Source: an uncultured Pseudomonadota bacterium (GTDB taxonomy: Bacteria; Myxococcota_A; Polyangia; Fen-1088). Taken from it: a stretch of DNA of 64,000 bases. Both the position numbers and the translations under genes were made by a program. The notes beneath the pieces are model-generated. The model saw nothing but the letters and a program-made list of their open reading frames with translations, searched no databases and was not told the origin of the DNA. The stretch is taken from positions 49,366 to 113,365 of the forward strand of contig CAWKBC010000035.1 of assembly GCA_963847705.1 (NCBI GenBank), read 5' to 3'. Positions 27,877-36,481 of the stretch are shown here, piece after piece; the stretch's first letter is position 1, and each line of letters begins with the position of its first letter.

Positions 27877-29439
27877 CTACGGCCCGCTATCGCGGGTCCG
27901 CTGATGCTGGCGCCGTCGAAGTTGATCTGGAAGCCATTGAAGTGGCTCCCAGGTCCCCAAGGCTCTCGATCCGGCGTCAGCGATACTGTAGAGCCGGTCG
28001 CCGACCCTACCCGGTAGAGTCACGATAGCGCGCGCCGTGGAGGGGATCCGCCGGCGCCCGCGTGGTGGATCCTGCGCGCGGATCGTCCACCGCTTCGGTG
28101 CCTTCGCGCGTCCTACAACCTCGTCAGGTAACGGGCCAATCCATAGCCACCGGTCTCGGGCATCAAGGTCCACGAGTCGCTTCCATTGCCGTTGGGGGAG
28201 ATCCAGGATCCGTTCGACGGGATCTTCATAGTGGCGACCGAAGGTAAGCACGTTAAGAGTATCCTCGGTGCCCGATGGAACTAGGACGAGAAAGATGGGC
28301 GACATGACGTTCTGAGCGCCGTCCGGGTGCGTGGCGTGAACGAGAAATTGCAGCTCGTAGGCGCCCGGCAAGGTGTCTTCATCCAGTTCAATTCGCAGAA
28401 TCGTCATCGTGTTGCCGGGGAGAGACACGACCTTTCCGCCCAGAACATCTGTCTCACCGGACGCAAGCGTCGAGGGTCTATAGGTCAGCTTCTCAGGTTC
28501 GAAGAGTCCCTTGGCCTTCGTCTGGACAAGAAGGCGCAAACGCCCAAGGTCAGCGCGCGCGATGGTGCGACACCGAAGCTGCCTGACGATGACGTCTTTG
28601 CGTCCGCGGTTTCCAAGAAGGACGTCGAGCTTGAATTCTAAGCTCGTAAATGACTTGACCAGTGCCCCACCCTCCGGCTTGTAGAACGCAAATTGGCGTG
28701 GCGGGTTTTGCGTATGGATCAGGTCGAACAATAGAGGTCCACGTGGAAGATAGACGTGCCCCGGAGTCGGCAAGGGCCCGGGATTTTCGGTTAGCCTCAA
28801 AGCCCGCAGCGCGAGTGCGCTCGCCGTCACCAGCCGGAACAGCGTATCTCCCGTCCAGAGTTCGATGGGGAACGAGTAAGGATGCGACTCTAAGAAATGG
28901 ATAAGATCATTGGCCGGAGGCGAGGTGCTTACGAGGACAAACCGATCGATCGTAGCCGACGCCGAGTGCCAGATTAGCTTGGGCGCTACGTCGTCCAGCG
29001 CAAGTGGCTTGCCCAAGTTCTTGCATTCGATCTTCCAGATCTCGAACTCGCCCTGGTGGTTCGGAACGCGCGCCCAGATATCGAAGCCGAACTGTGTCCC
29101 GGAAAGTTGGCGCCGAACCTCGATAGCGCCGAGGTCCTTGAGTACGCCCACGGCGACTCTCTCTAGCAAGGGCCCCTTCGCTGCCCCGGAACGAAGACGT
29201 TTCTGCACCTGGTCGACGAGCTGTCCCGCCGGATCCGCCCTTGCCGTTCGTCGAGGCACGATCGAATGATGCCACGAAGCTTGCGCTGATCTGCCATGGC
29301 CCATAGGTGCAGCGGGCTCACGCAATTGTGCGCCGCCCGCGCAGGTAGCTGGATCTCCCGCCAGGTCCCAAAATCGGGCGTCGGCCTGGCGTTGCTCCTC
29401 GGCGCGCTTTCGCTGCTCGCGAATTTTCACGACGGCCAA
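27877..29439 (-). CDS. PD-(D/E)xK (Mrr-like) nuclease fused to a beta-rich C-terminal region
   Basis: LERVA..QFGFDI..WKIECKN..FVLVS..ELWTG; start uncertain. Confidence 0.75.
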   Translation of the reverse strand: MAVVKIREQRKRAEEQRQADARFWDLAGDPATCAGGAQLREPAAPMGHGRSAQASWHHSIVPRRTARADPAGQLVDQVQKRLRSGAAKGPLLERVAVGVLKDLGAIEVRRQLSGTQFGFDIWARVPNHQGEFEIWKIECKNLGKPLALDDVAPKLIWHSASATIDRFVLVSTSPPANDLIHFLESHPYSFPIELWTGDTLFRLVTASALALRALRLTENPGPLPTPGHVYLPRGPLLFDLIHTQNPPRQFAFYKPEGGALVKSFTSLEFKLDVLLGNRGRKDVIVRQLRCRTIARADLGRLRLLVQTKAKGLFEPEKLTYRPSTLASGETDVLGGKVVSLPGNTMTILRIELDEDTLPGAYELQFLVHATHPDGAQNVMSPIFLVLVPSGTEDTLNVLTFGRHYEDPVERILDLPQRQWKRLVDLDARDRWLWIGPLPDEVVGRAKAPKRWTIRAQDPPRGRRRIPSTARAIVTLPGRVGDRLYSIADAGSRALGTWEPLQWLPDQLRRRQHQRTRDSGP

Positions 29440-29636
29440 CCGGACTCGGGCCGTTCCAAATGCAAGAAGGGCCGAACAGCACTAGAGGTATTTCAAAGGA
29501 CCTCCGAGCCGGCGCAGAAGCTCGAGCTCGCCGTCCCGACCTTCGAACCGAATGAAGTTCTGTTCGTGCTCGCGGAGCCGGGCCCGAATCTCCAGGCCTG
29601 GCGGACTGAACGCGTAGCTGGCCGCTCGCTGCGCGT

Positions 29637-29774
29637 AAGCGCCCCCCGGTGCTCGACCTTCTCGCCGTCGCCGCCCGCGCCCGGCCCGGCGATGTAGTCG
29701 GCCAGGGCGCGCACGTTTGCCGCCTTGCTCTTGGGCGCTGCCGTCTGCGAGGTGGCGACCTTCTTGACGATCAC
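29637..29774 (-). pseudogene. mobA: Truncated MOBP-family relaxase (first ~46 codons)
   Basis: MIVKKV..KSKAANVRALADYI..EKV motif I with catalytic Tyr; no HUH motif follows; overlaps mobB stop. Confidence 0.8.
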
Positions 29775-30094
29775 GGCGCCGCGCCCTCGCCGCTGGCGAG
29801 CCGCCGGATGGCGGCGTGCAGCGCGTTCAGGGCGGCGGCGGTCTCGCGGCTGTAGGCGCCCCCGCTCTCGACGTGGACCATCTTGAGAAGGCCACCGAGG
29901 CGCCGCAGCTCGCGGATCGTGGTCGCGTCGGTACGCGACACGACGGGCCGCCCGAGCGCCCGCCGCCGCACCAACTCCGCGACGACGATTCCGGCAGCGT
30001 CGGCTATCGCCCGAAGCTGCGCCTTCTCGCCGGGCGCCACGCGCACGTCGAGCCGCTCGGTAAGCCCGGTGGCGCCCTTCTTACCGAACGGCAT
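29771..30094 (-). CDS. mobB: Relaxosome accessory RHH protein (TraJ/MobB-like)
   Basis: LDVRVAPGEKAQL..A..AG..VAELVRRRALGRPVVSRTD..IRELRRLGGLLK. Confidence 0.85.
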   Translation of the reverse strand: MPFGKKGATGLTERLDVRVAPGEKAQLRAIADAAGIVVAELVRRRALGRPVVSRTDATTIRELRRLGGLLKMVHVESGGAYSRETAAALNALHAAIRRLASGEGAAP

Positions 30095-30214
30095 CGGCGG
30101 CGCCTCCGTTCTGATGGTTGCGAGAAGCCTTGGCGCCGAGCAGCTCTGCTTCTGGCGAAGCCTCGCACGAGAGAAGCGGAGCGCCGAGCGGGCGGGGCGA
30201 AGCGGGCCTTGGGA

Positions 30215-30263
30215 GGACACATGCGGCGCCAGCCGCATGTGTCCGGACAAGGCCCCATCTTGC
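30215..30263 (+). promoter_or_regulatory. oriT: inverted repeat plus IncP-type nic site
   Basis: Perfect 13-bp IR GGACACATGCGGC/GCCGCATGTGTCC followed by CATCTTGC (cf. YATCCTG^Y), between divergent mob genes. Confidence 0.8.
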
Positions 30264-30350
30264 TATCCGTGATCGACAGCCGGTGAGACCAGGGTCGGAA
30301 GCAGCGGTGTTCACGTACTGGTTCTCGGCCAGGAACGCGAGAATGTTGCT

Positions 30351-30502
30351 CGAACCAAGCAACTTTTTTCGCGCGTGGCCGAGAACCCCCTGCGAGGAGC
30401 GCTCCGTGAACAACGTCCACGCGGAAAAAGAGAAAAAGTTACCCGAACCAGGCAACTTTTTTCGTCGCCTGGCCGAGAACCCCCTGCGAGGAGCGCTCCG
30501 TG
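30351..30502. repeat. Two ~58-bp direct repeats in the oriT region
   Basis: CGAACCA(A/G)GCAACTTTTTTCG..TGGCCGAGAACCCCCTGCGAGGAGCGCTCCGTG at 30351-30408 and 30444-30502. Confidence 0.9.
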
Positions 30503-30547
30503 CCGTGAGCGACGACTAGATGCGAGCTCCATCGCGCTGAGGAGATC

Positions 30548-31015
30548 ATGGACTACACACTCGAGACCGCGAGACGCGTCGCTGAGGAGCTTCGCGCCAT
30601 CCCTCCGAAAGACCCGTCGAAGCGACGGCTCGACAAGCAAGGGATGGTGAAAGAGCTCACGGACGAAATCATTGCGCTGCAGCAGCGCGGGTACACGATC
30701 GAAGAGGTCGCCGAAAGCCTGCGCGAGCGCGGACTAGAGATCACAACCCCGACCCTCAAGAACTACCTCCAACGGGTCAAGCGCGCCGGAGGGAACGGCC
30801 GCAAGCATCGGCGGACGGCGGGCTCGCCGCGCACCCGCGCCGAAACGAACGAGTCCGCGGTGTCCAGACCCGGACCCGAGTCAGCCCTTTCCGAATCGGA
30901 TTCAAAGGGGGCAGCAACCAGCGCGAAAGCAGAATCGCCCCCGCGAACGCCGAACGAGCCGGCCCTCCGCAGCGGCAAGAGCGCGTTCCTCGTCAAAGAC
31001 AAAGAGAGCTACTAA
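30548..31015 (+). CDS. mobC: Mobilisation protein MobC-like (pTF-FC2/IncQ-2 type)
   Basis: EIIALQQRGYTIEEVAESL..GLEITTPTLKNYL; position divergent from oriT. Confidence 0.75.
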   Translation: MDYTLETARRVAEELRAIPPKDPSKRRLDKQGMVKELTDEIIALQQRGYTIEEVAESLRERGLEITTPTLKNYLQRVKRAGGNGRKHRRTAGSPRTRAETNESAVSRPGPESALSESDSKGAATSAKAESPPRTPNEPALRSGKSAFLVKDKESY

Positions 31016-31033
31016 CCGAAAGGACGGAGAGTC

Positions 31034-31717
31034 ATGTCGAACACGATTTTTTTGATTGGGGGGGGCAAGGGCGGAGTGGGCAAGTCGCTCATGTCGATGG
31101 CGGTTCTCGACTTCCTGCAGGCGACCGGGAAACGTCCGTTCCTCGTGGAGACCGATACGTCGGTCCCCGACGTATTCAAGACGTACGGGGAATCGGTCGG
31201 GGGAGAGCTGGTGAACCTCGACGAACGGGAGGGATGGATCGATCTCGTCAACCTGATCGAAAGCAGTCCCGAGAGCACCGTCGTCATCAACACGGGAGCA
31301 CGAAACCAAACCGGCATCAGCAACTTCGGCCGCACGCTCAGCAAGGCCCTCCCCGAGCTGGGTCGGAAGCTGTTGGTGCTCTGGATGATTGACCGGAAGA
31401 GGGAAAGTCTGGAGCTGCTCTCGGATTTTACGGAAGCCATCCCGGAAGCCGAGGTCCACGTCGTCCGGAACATGTACCTCGGTGCCGAGAAGAAGTTCGA
31501 GCTCTACAACGCGTCCAAGATGAAGTCGGCGATCGAGGCCAAGGGAGGTCGGTCGCTGAACCTGGCCGAGCTGGCCGATCGGGTGACGGACGCGATGAAC
31601 AAGCATCGTCTCACGATCGAGAGAGCGGTCGGCGAGCTTTCGCTCGGCGACCGCATGGAGCTGGAGCGCTGGCGCGACGAGTGTAAGACGATGCTGTCCG
31701 GGGTGGTCGGTGGGTGA
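31034..31717 (+). CDS. mobD: MobD/TraL-like P-loop protein
   Basis: IGGGKGGVGKS, VETDTSVPDV, VINTGAR. Confidence 0.8.
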   Translation: MSNTIFLIGGGKGGVGKSLMSMAVLDFLQATGKRPFLVETDTSVPDVFKTYGESVGGELVNLDEREGWIDLVNLIESSPESTVVINTGARNQTGISNFGRTLSKALPELGRKLLVLWMIDRKRESLELLSDFTEAIPEAEVHVVRNMYLGAEKKFELYNASKMKSAIEAKGGRSLNLAELADRVTDAMNKHRLTIERAVGELSLGDRMELERWRDECKTMLSGVVGG

Positions 31718-32384
31718 GCTCGACGACAGCTTCGCTGTGCTCCTCGGACGCCAACCGAGCGATAAAGAGAAGCAGGCTCTCTACCGCGTTCGGGACGCGC
31801 TGAAGCTCAAAGCGACAGATGCCGTCTGGATGCTGCTGATGGCCCTCCAGCATTACCAGACGCTCTATGAGCAATTCCCGGCCCGGATCGCGGAGGCGGC
31901 ACGCGACGTCACCAAGACGGCACGCGCGACGGCGGAAGCGGAAACGAAAGCAGCACAGGAAGCCACGAAGAGAGCGCTGATGACGGCCGTCCACGAGGCG
32001 GCTGTGAAATCATCGGCGAAAGCCGCGGGCGCCCAGCTAGCGAAGTGGGTGAGCGTCGCCGGCGGTGTGGTGTGCGTCAGCCTTCTCGCAGTGGGGTGGA
32101 GCGCGTTCGGTCAGGGACGCGAGAAAGGCCAGGCGGTAGGAGAAAACGTGGCCAGAAAGCAGTGCGCGGCGCTCGTGGCCGCGTCGTCCTGGGCAAACAC
32201 TCCCGAGGGACAGCTCGCATACGCGTTTGCGAAAGCAGGAGGCCTCGGCGAGGTCGCCCACTGTGCGGGCCGAGGGATGGTCCCGCGAGACGGTTGGTGC
32301 CTGGTTTCGTCCGAGCGGGGAAGACCACTTGCGCGCTGGCCGGTGCCAACCGGAAACGTCAGGACCATAGGAGAGAGCCCATGA
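31710..32384 (+). CDS. mobE: MobE-like mobilisation protein
   Basis: FAVLLGRQPSDKE..LYRVRDAL..DAVW..ALQHY; one TM; synteny. Confidence 0.7.
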   Translation: MGELDDSFAVLLGRQPSDKEKQALYRVRDALKLKATDAVWMLLMALQHYQTLYEQFPARIAEAARDVTKTARATAEAETKAAQEATKRALMTAVHEAAVKSSAKAAGAQLAKWVSVAGGVVCVSLLAVGWSAFGQGREKGQAVGENVARKQCAALVAASSWANTPEGQLAYAFAKAGGLGEVAHCAGRGMVPRDGWCLVSSERGRPLARWPVPTGNVRTIGESP

Positions 32385-32710
32385 GGAAGGATGACCGATA
32401 CGTCGACGACGAAGCTCCGACAGGCGTCTTCACGCGACCGGATGCGATAGACGTCACACCCGCACCCCGTAGGGATGATCATCAGCTCTGGAACACGAAC
32501 GACGTCGCCCGATACCTGAGGGTTAGTCGGTCGTGGGTCTACCATCGTGCCGAGGCGGGCCTGTTGCCGCTAAGGAGGGTGGGAGGTCTCCTCCGGTTCG
32601 ACCCGGCGGCGATTCGAGCGTTCGCCACCGGAGAGGCGACGAACCCTGCAAGCGACGGCGGCGGGGGATCACGAACGGCAGGGCCGCTCGGACGGCGGAC
32701 GCATCGATGA
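32381..32710 (+). CDS. Excisionase-like HTH_17 DNA-binding protein
   Basis: LWNTNDVARYLRVSRSWVYHRAEAGLLP..RVGGLLRFDP. Confidence 0.88.
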   Translation: MRKDDRYVDDEAPTGVFTRPDAIDVTPAPRRDDHQLWNTNDVARYLRVSRSWVYHRAEAGLLPLRRVGGLLRFDPAAIRAFATGEATNPASDGGGGSRTAGPLGRRTHR

Positions 32711-32852
32711 GAAGATCGGCGCCCGAGGAGGGTGGGCCCGCCGAGCGACAGATGAGTCCAAGGAAAGGGACTTTCTTACGTCGACGTGCTAAGAAAAGTT
32801 CGTGGCATAAGTTTTCTTATCTATTGGCGCTCGGCAAAAAGGTTTCCTAGCG

Positions 32853-34022
32853 ATGACCTCATCCCAGCAGAGGAACACGGGCAAGTTCATGACCCGCCGA
32901 ATCGGCGGGGAGGAGGTGCGCCTCTATGTTCCGCGTCCGCTGCCACCGGAGCCAGCCCTCGCGCTCGGCTCCGACGACATCGACCGGCTCGAGCGGGCGA
33001 ACCGTGCGCTTGGCCGCCTGGATGGTCTGTCGCAGCTGCTCCCCGATCCCGATCTCTTTCTCTACGTCTACGTCCGCAAGGAGGCCGTCCTCTCCTCCCA
33101 GATCGAGGGGACGCAGTCTTCGCTGTCGGACCTGCTGCTTTTCGAGAACGACTCGGCGCCGGGCGTCCCGCTCGACGACGTGCAGGAGGTGTCGCGCTAC
33201 GTGGCCGCGATGAATCACGGTCTCGAACGGCTGCGCGGCGACTTCCCTCTCAGTCTCCGGCTGATCCGGGAGATCCACGAGAAGCTCCTCGCGAAGGGTC
33301 GGGGGGCCGGGAAGGAACCCGGGCAGTTCAGGCGATCGCAAAACTGGATCGGCGGCAGCCGGCCTGGAAATGCGTTCTTCGTGCCGCCGCCCCCGGAGAT
33401 GCTCCTCGACTGCCTCGGGCGCCTGGAAAAATTTATCCACGACGATCCGGTTAAGACGCCGACGCTGCTTAAGGCGGCTCTGGTCCACGTCCAGTTCGAG
33501 ACGATTCACCCATTTCTCGACGGGAACGGGCGTCTCGGGCGCCTGCTCATCACGCTCATCCTCTGCAACGAGGGCGCGCTCCGGCAGCCGCTCCTCTACC
33601 TCAGCCTTTACTTCAAGCAGAACCGCGCGCGGTACTACGAGCTCCTGCAGCAGGTCCGGACGACCGGCGATTGGGAGAGCTGGATCCGGTTCTTCTTGGA
33701 GGGGGTCGAGCAAACGGCCGGCCAGGCGGTCGATCTCGCGACAAAGGTTAGAGAGCTGTTCGCGCGCGACCGCGCGCGTATCGCCAAGCTCGGGCGAGTG
33801 GCGGGCTCGGCGCTCCGCGTACACGAGCTGCTCCAGAACCATCCCCTCATCTCGGTTCCCAAGGCCTCGAAGTTGCTGACCCTCACCCCTCCTACCGTCC
33901 GAGCCTCCCTGACCGCCCTCGGCGAAGTGGGAATCGTGAATGAGGTTTCGGGCAGGCGCCGGGATCGCGTCTTCGGCTATCGCCGGTACCTCGACCTAAT
34001 CGGGAGCGACACGAATGCATGA
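32853..34022 (+). CDS. Fic family protein (Fic_N + Fic + C-terminal HTH)
   Basis: EAVLSSQIEGT and HPFLDGNGRLGR. Confidence 0.95.
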   Translation: MTSSQQRNTGKFMTRRIGGEEVRLYVPRPLPPEPALALGSDDIDRLERANRALGRLDGLSQLLPDPDLFLYVYVRKEAVLSSQIEGTQSSLSDLLLFENDSAPGVPLDDVQEVSRYVAAMNHGLERLRGDFPLSLRLIREIHEKLLAKGRGAGKEPGQFRRSQNWIGGSRPGNAFFVPPPPEMLLDCLGRLEKFIHDDPVKTPTLLKAALVHVQFETIHPFLDGNGRLGRLLITLILCNEGALRQPLLYLSLYFKQNRARYYELLQQVRTTGDWESWIRFFLEGVEQTAGQAVDLATKVRELFARDRARIAKLGRVAGSALRVHELLQNHPLISVPKASKLLTLTPPTVRASLTALGEVGIVNEVSGRRRDRVFGYRRYLDLIGSDTNA

Positions 34023-34105
34023 GCTAGACAGGCGCTTCCCTTCGGGGAGAACCTTGTTTCTGAGTACGGGCGAGTACGGGGTACCCGCCAAGTGGGAGGT
34101 GTGAG

Positions 34106-35482
34106 ATGTCGTCCGTATACAAGAGAGGCAAGCGCTGGTGGATCCGCTATCGGGATGCCCATCGGCAGTGGCAGAGCGAGGCGTGCACTGCCACCACCAA
34201 GACGGAGGCCAAGGACCTCGCCACCGATGTCGAGCGACGCTGTGAGCGTCAGCGACGCGGCCTCGAGCCGATACCGCCGAGGGACGGCGGCGGAAGCCTC
34301 GGCGATCTCTTCTGCTGGTGGCTGGAGACCTACTCCCAGCCGCGCACCTCTCACGTGCGCGACACGTACACCGTCGAGAGGCATTTCCTCTCCGACCCCA
34401 TCGCCCGCATCAAGCTCGTCGACGTCACGCCCGGGTTGATCGAGCGATTCCTGCAAGCCAAGGCGCGGACGCACGGCCCCCAGACGCTGAACCACCTGCG
34501 CCGCTACGTGCTCAGCGCCTTCAACTGCGCCCGTCGAACGGAGCGCTACATGGGGCCGAACCCCGCCAAGGAGGTCTTGCGGCGCACCGTTCCCAAGCGG
34601 AAGCCCGACTTTCTGCGCGTCGACGAAGTACCTCGGGTGCTGGCGGCCATGGACGATCGCTGGCTGCCGCTTTTCGCGGCGGCGATCTACACCGGCCTGC
34701 GCAAGGGCGAGCTGCTCGGGCTCCAGAAGAGCAAGGTGGACCTCCGCGATCGCCTGCTCTACGTCGCCCGTTCCTACGACCGGGCCACCAACAAGAGCAA
34801 GCGCGAGGAGGTCATCCCGATCGCGACCGAGCTCGTCCCCTTCCTCGAGCTGGCGATAAAGGCGTCAAAGTCGGAGCTGGTCTTCCCTCGGCCAGACGGC
34901 TCGATGATGAAAGAGGACGTCGACATCGAGAACGTGCTCCGTCGGGCGCTCGCCCGGGCCGGGATCGTGCTCGGATACGACCACGCCTGCCGCCGGAAAG
35001 GATGCGGCTATTCCATGCGGCATGACGACGCCGAGCTGCGGAATTGCCCGACCTGCAACATGAAGCTCTGGCCGAAGCCGCTGGTCCGCAAAATTCGGTT
35101 CCACGATCTGCGCCACACCACCGCCAGCCTGCTGCTCATGGCGGGCGCGAACCCGGCCGCCGTGCAGCGGATCCTCCGTCACAGCGATCCGCGGATCACC
35201 ACCGAGGTCTACGGCCACCTCGTGCCCGACTACCTCCGCGCGGAGATCGATCGGCTCTCGTTCGGGATCGCGCCGTCGCCAAAACCGTCCAGCGATTCGC
35301 CAACTTTGGGCGCGCTTCCCACAGGGTTTGCTACATCTGTGCTACATCCGGGCCCGATCGAGGCTGCCGATAAGAAAATCGGGCCAACGGCCTCGAACGA
35401 TTCCGAGGAGATGCAGTTGTGGGCGCGGCGGGACTCGAACCCACTACCCCCGGCTTCGGAGGCCGGTACTCTATCCAGATGA
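34106..35482 (+). CDS. int: Tyrosine recombinase/integrase, integrated-state form
   Basis: TGLRKGEL, RFHDLRHT, LRHSDPRITTEVY; GGAGGT RBS; reads through the att site antisense to the tRNA. Confidence 0.96.
   Translation: MSSVYKRGKRWWIRYRDAHRQWQSEACTATTKTEAKDLATDVERRCERQRRGLEPIPPRDGGGSLGDLFCWWLETYSQPRTSHVRDTYTVERHFLSDPIARIKLVDVTPGLIERFLQAKARTHGPQTLNHLRRYVLSAFNCARRTERYMGPNPAKEVLRRTVPKRKPDFLRVDEVPRVLAAMDDRWLPLFAAAIYTGLRKGELLGLQKSKVDLRDRLLYVARSYDRATNKSKREEVIPIATELVPFLELAIKASKSELVFPRPDGSMMKEDVDIENVLRRALARAGIVLGYDHACRRKGCGYSMRHDDAELRNCPTCNMKLWPKPLVRKIRFHDLRHTTASLLLMAGANPAAVQRILRHSDPRITTEVYGHLVPDYLRAEIDRLSFGIAPSPKPSSDSPTLGALPTGFATSVLHPGPIEAADKKIGPTASNDSEEMQLWARRDSNPLPPASEAGTLSR
35326..35346. promoter_or_regulatory. 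Putative integrase arm-type binding sites (right)
   Basis: 21-bp sequence identical to 13048-13068, two TGCTACA units. Confidence 0.75.
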
Positions 35483-35493
35483 GCTACGCGCCC
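35420..35493 (-). tRNA. tRNA-Arg(CCG)
   Basis: GGGCGCG acceptor stem, CCGGC-CTCCGAA-GCCGG anticodon arm, GGTTCGAGTCC T-arm; CCA not encoded. Confidence 0.96.
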
Positions 35494-35662
35494 GACTTTG
35501 ATGCGGGCGCAGAGACTAACCAAATCGGCCGGCCGCGGCCAGCCTGGATTCCTTTCGTTTTTTCGGCCTTGGCGCCGCCCGCCCCGGAGCCTTCGCCGTC
35601 ACGCGTCATTAAATTTGCATGAACAGCGCCGGGCGCCCGTCCCAGGAGATGGAGGGCTCTCA

Positions 35663-36328
35663 ATGAATCCGACGCCGCAATCTTCCCTGGGTGAGCGCGA
35701 AGCCATCGATCCGCGACGGCAAACGGAGACCGCGCGGGTCGTCGTGGTCGACGACAACCAGCTGCGCGCCTCCGCGCTGGCGGCCGCGCTGAAGGGGGCG
35801 TCGGACACCATCGTCGTCGTCACCGGACCCGACAGCCGGGCGATGCAGCATGATCTGTTTCCTGCGGATCTGGTGCTGCTGGCCCTGGGCGGGCGGCAGG
35901 TCTCGGCGCTGGCCACGGGCGCAGAAGCCGTGCAGCGCAATCCCTACGCCGAGGTGATCTTCTACTGCGACGATCCGGACGCGCCCGAGGTCGCTGCGGC
36001 GGCGGTCCTCGGGATCACGCGGATTGTCCCGGCGCAGAACATGGCCGCCTGGCTGTCGCGCGCTGGCGCGCTGCTGGCGCGCGGCGCCTTTCTCCGGCGA
36101 GCGGCGGCCGCGACCATCGCGGTCGCGCCCGAGCCCCCGACGCTGGCGACCTCCGCACTGGACGCCGCGCGCTTGCCGCTGCCGACGGCCGAGATGCGCT
36201 TCCGGGAGAGCTACATCCGCTGCCTGCTGACCCAGAGCGGAAGCCGGCAAGAGGCGGCGCGCCGTGCGGGCGTTCCCTACCGGACGATGTGCGAGATGAT
36301 CCGCAAGCTCGGCATCTCGACGAAGTAA
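35663..36328 (+). CDS. Atypical receiver-like domain + Fis-type HTH protein
   Basis: VVVVDDN..ADLVLLAL (no phospho-Asp); AARRAGVPYRTM..IRKLGI. Confidence 0.7.
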   Translation: MNPTPQSSLGEREAIDPRRQTETARVVVVDDNQLRASALAAALKGASDTIVVVTGPDSRAMQHDLFPADLVLLALGGRQVSALATGAEAVQRNPYAEVIFYCDDPDAPEVAAAAVLGITRIVPAQNMAAWLSRAGALLARGAFLRRAAAATIAVAPEPPTLATSALDAARLPLPTAEMRFRESYIRCLLTQSGSRQEAARRAGVPYRTMCEMIRKLGISTK

Positions 36329-36464
36329 CCTTTTCTGAGCCCGGCAGCCTCGGGTCCGCAAGCTCGGCATCTCGACGAGTAGCCTTTTCCGGGGCGCCAG
36401 CAGCCTCGGATCCGCAAGCTGCTCTCGACCAAGTAGCCTTTTCCGGAGCCCGGCAGCGTCGGGA
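36300..36464. repeat. Degenerate ~55-bp tandem repeat x3 containing the 3' end of the upstream gene
   Basis: TCCGCAAGCT..CTCGAC..AGTA.CCTTTTC..GCAGC.TCGG at 36300, 36355, 36411. Confidence 0.85.
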
Positions 36465-36481
36465 TTGGCGCTGGGGGGCCG

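Larger units (their letters stand above)
12887..35461. mobile_element. Integrative mobilisable element / defence island in tRNA-Arg(CCG)
   Basis: 45-bp direct repeats at both ends, terminal tyrosine integrase, Xis-like gene, oriT-mob module, compositional shift. Confidence 0.95.

Noticed and set aside
32853-34022. Fic gene as a novel system
   Set aside because: Ordinary Fic_N-Fic-HTH protein, common as mobile-element cargo
12887-35461. Prophage or self-transmissible ICE
   Set aside because: No capsid, terminase, tail, VirB4 or coupling-protein genes are recognisable
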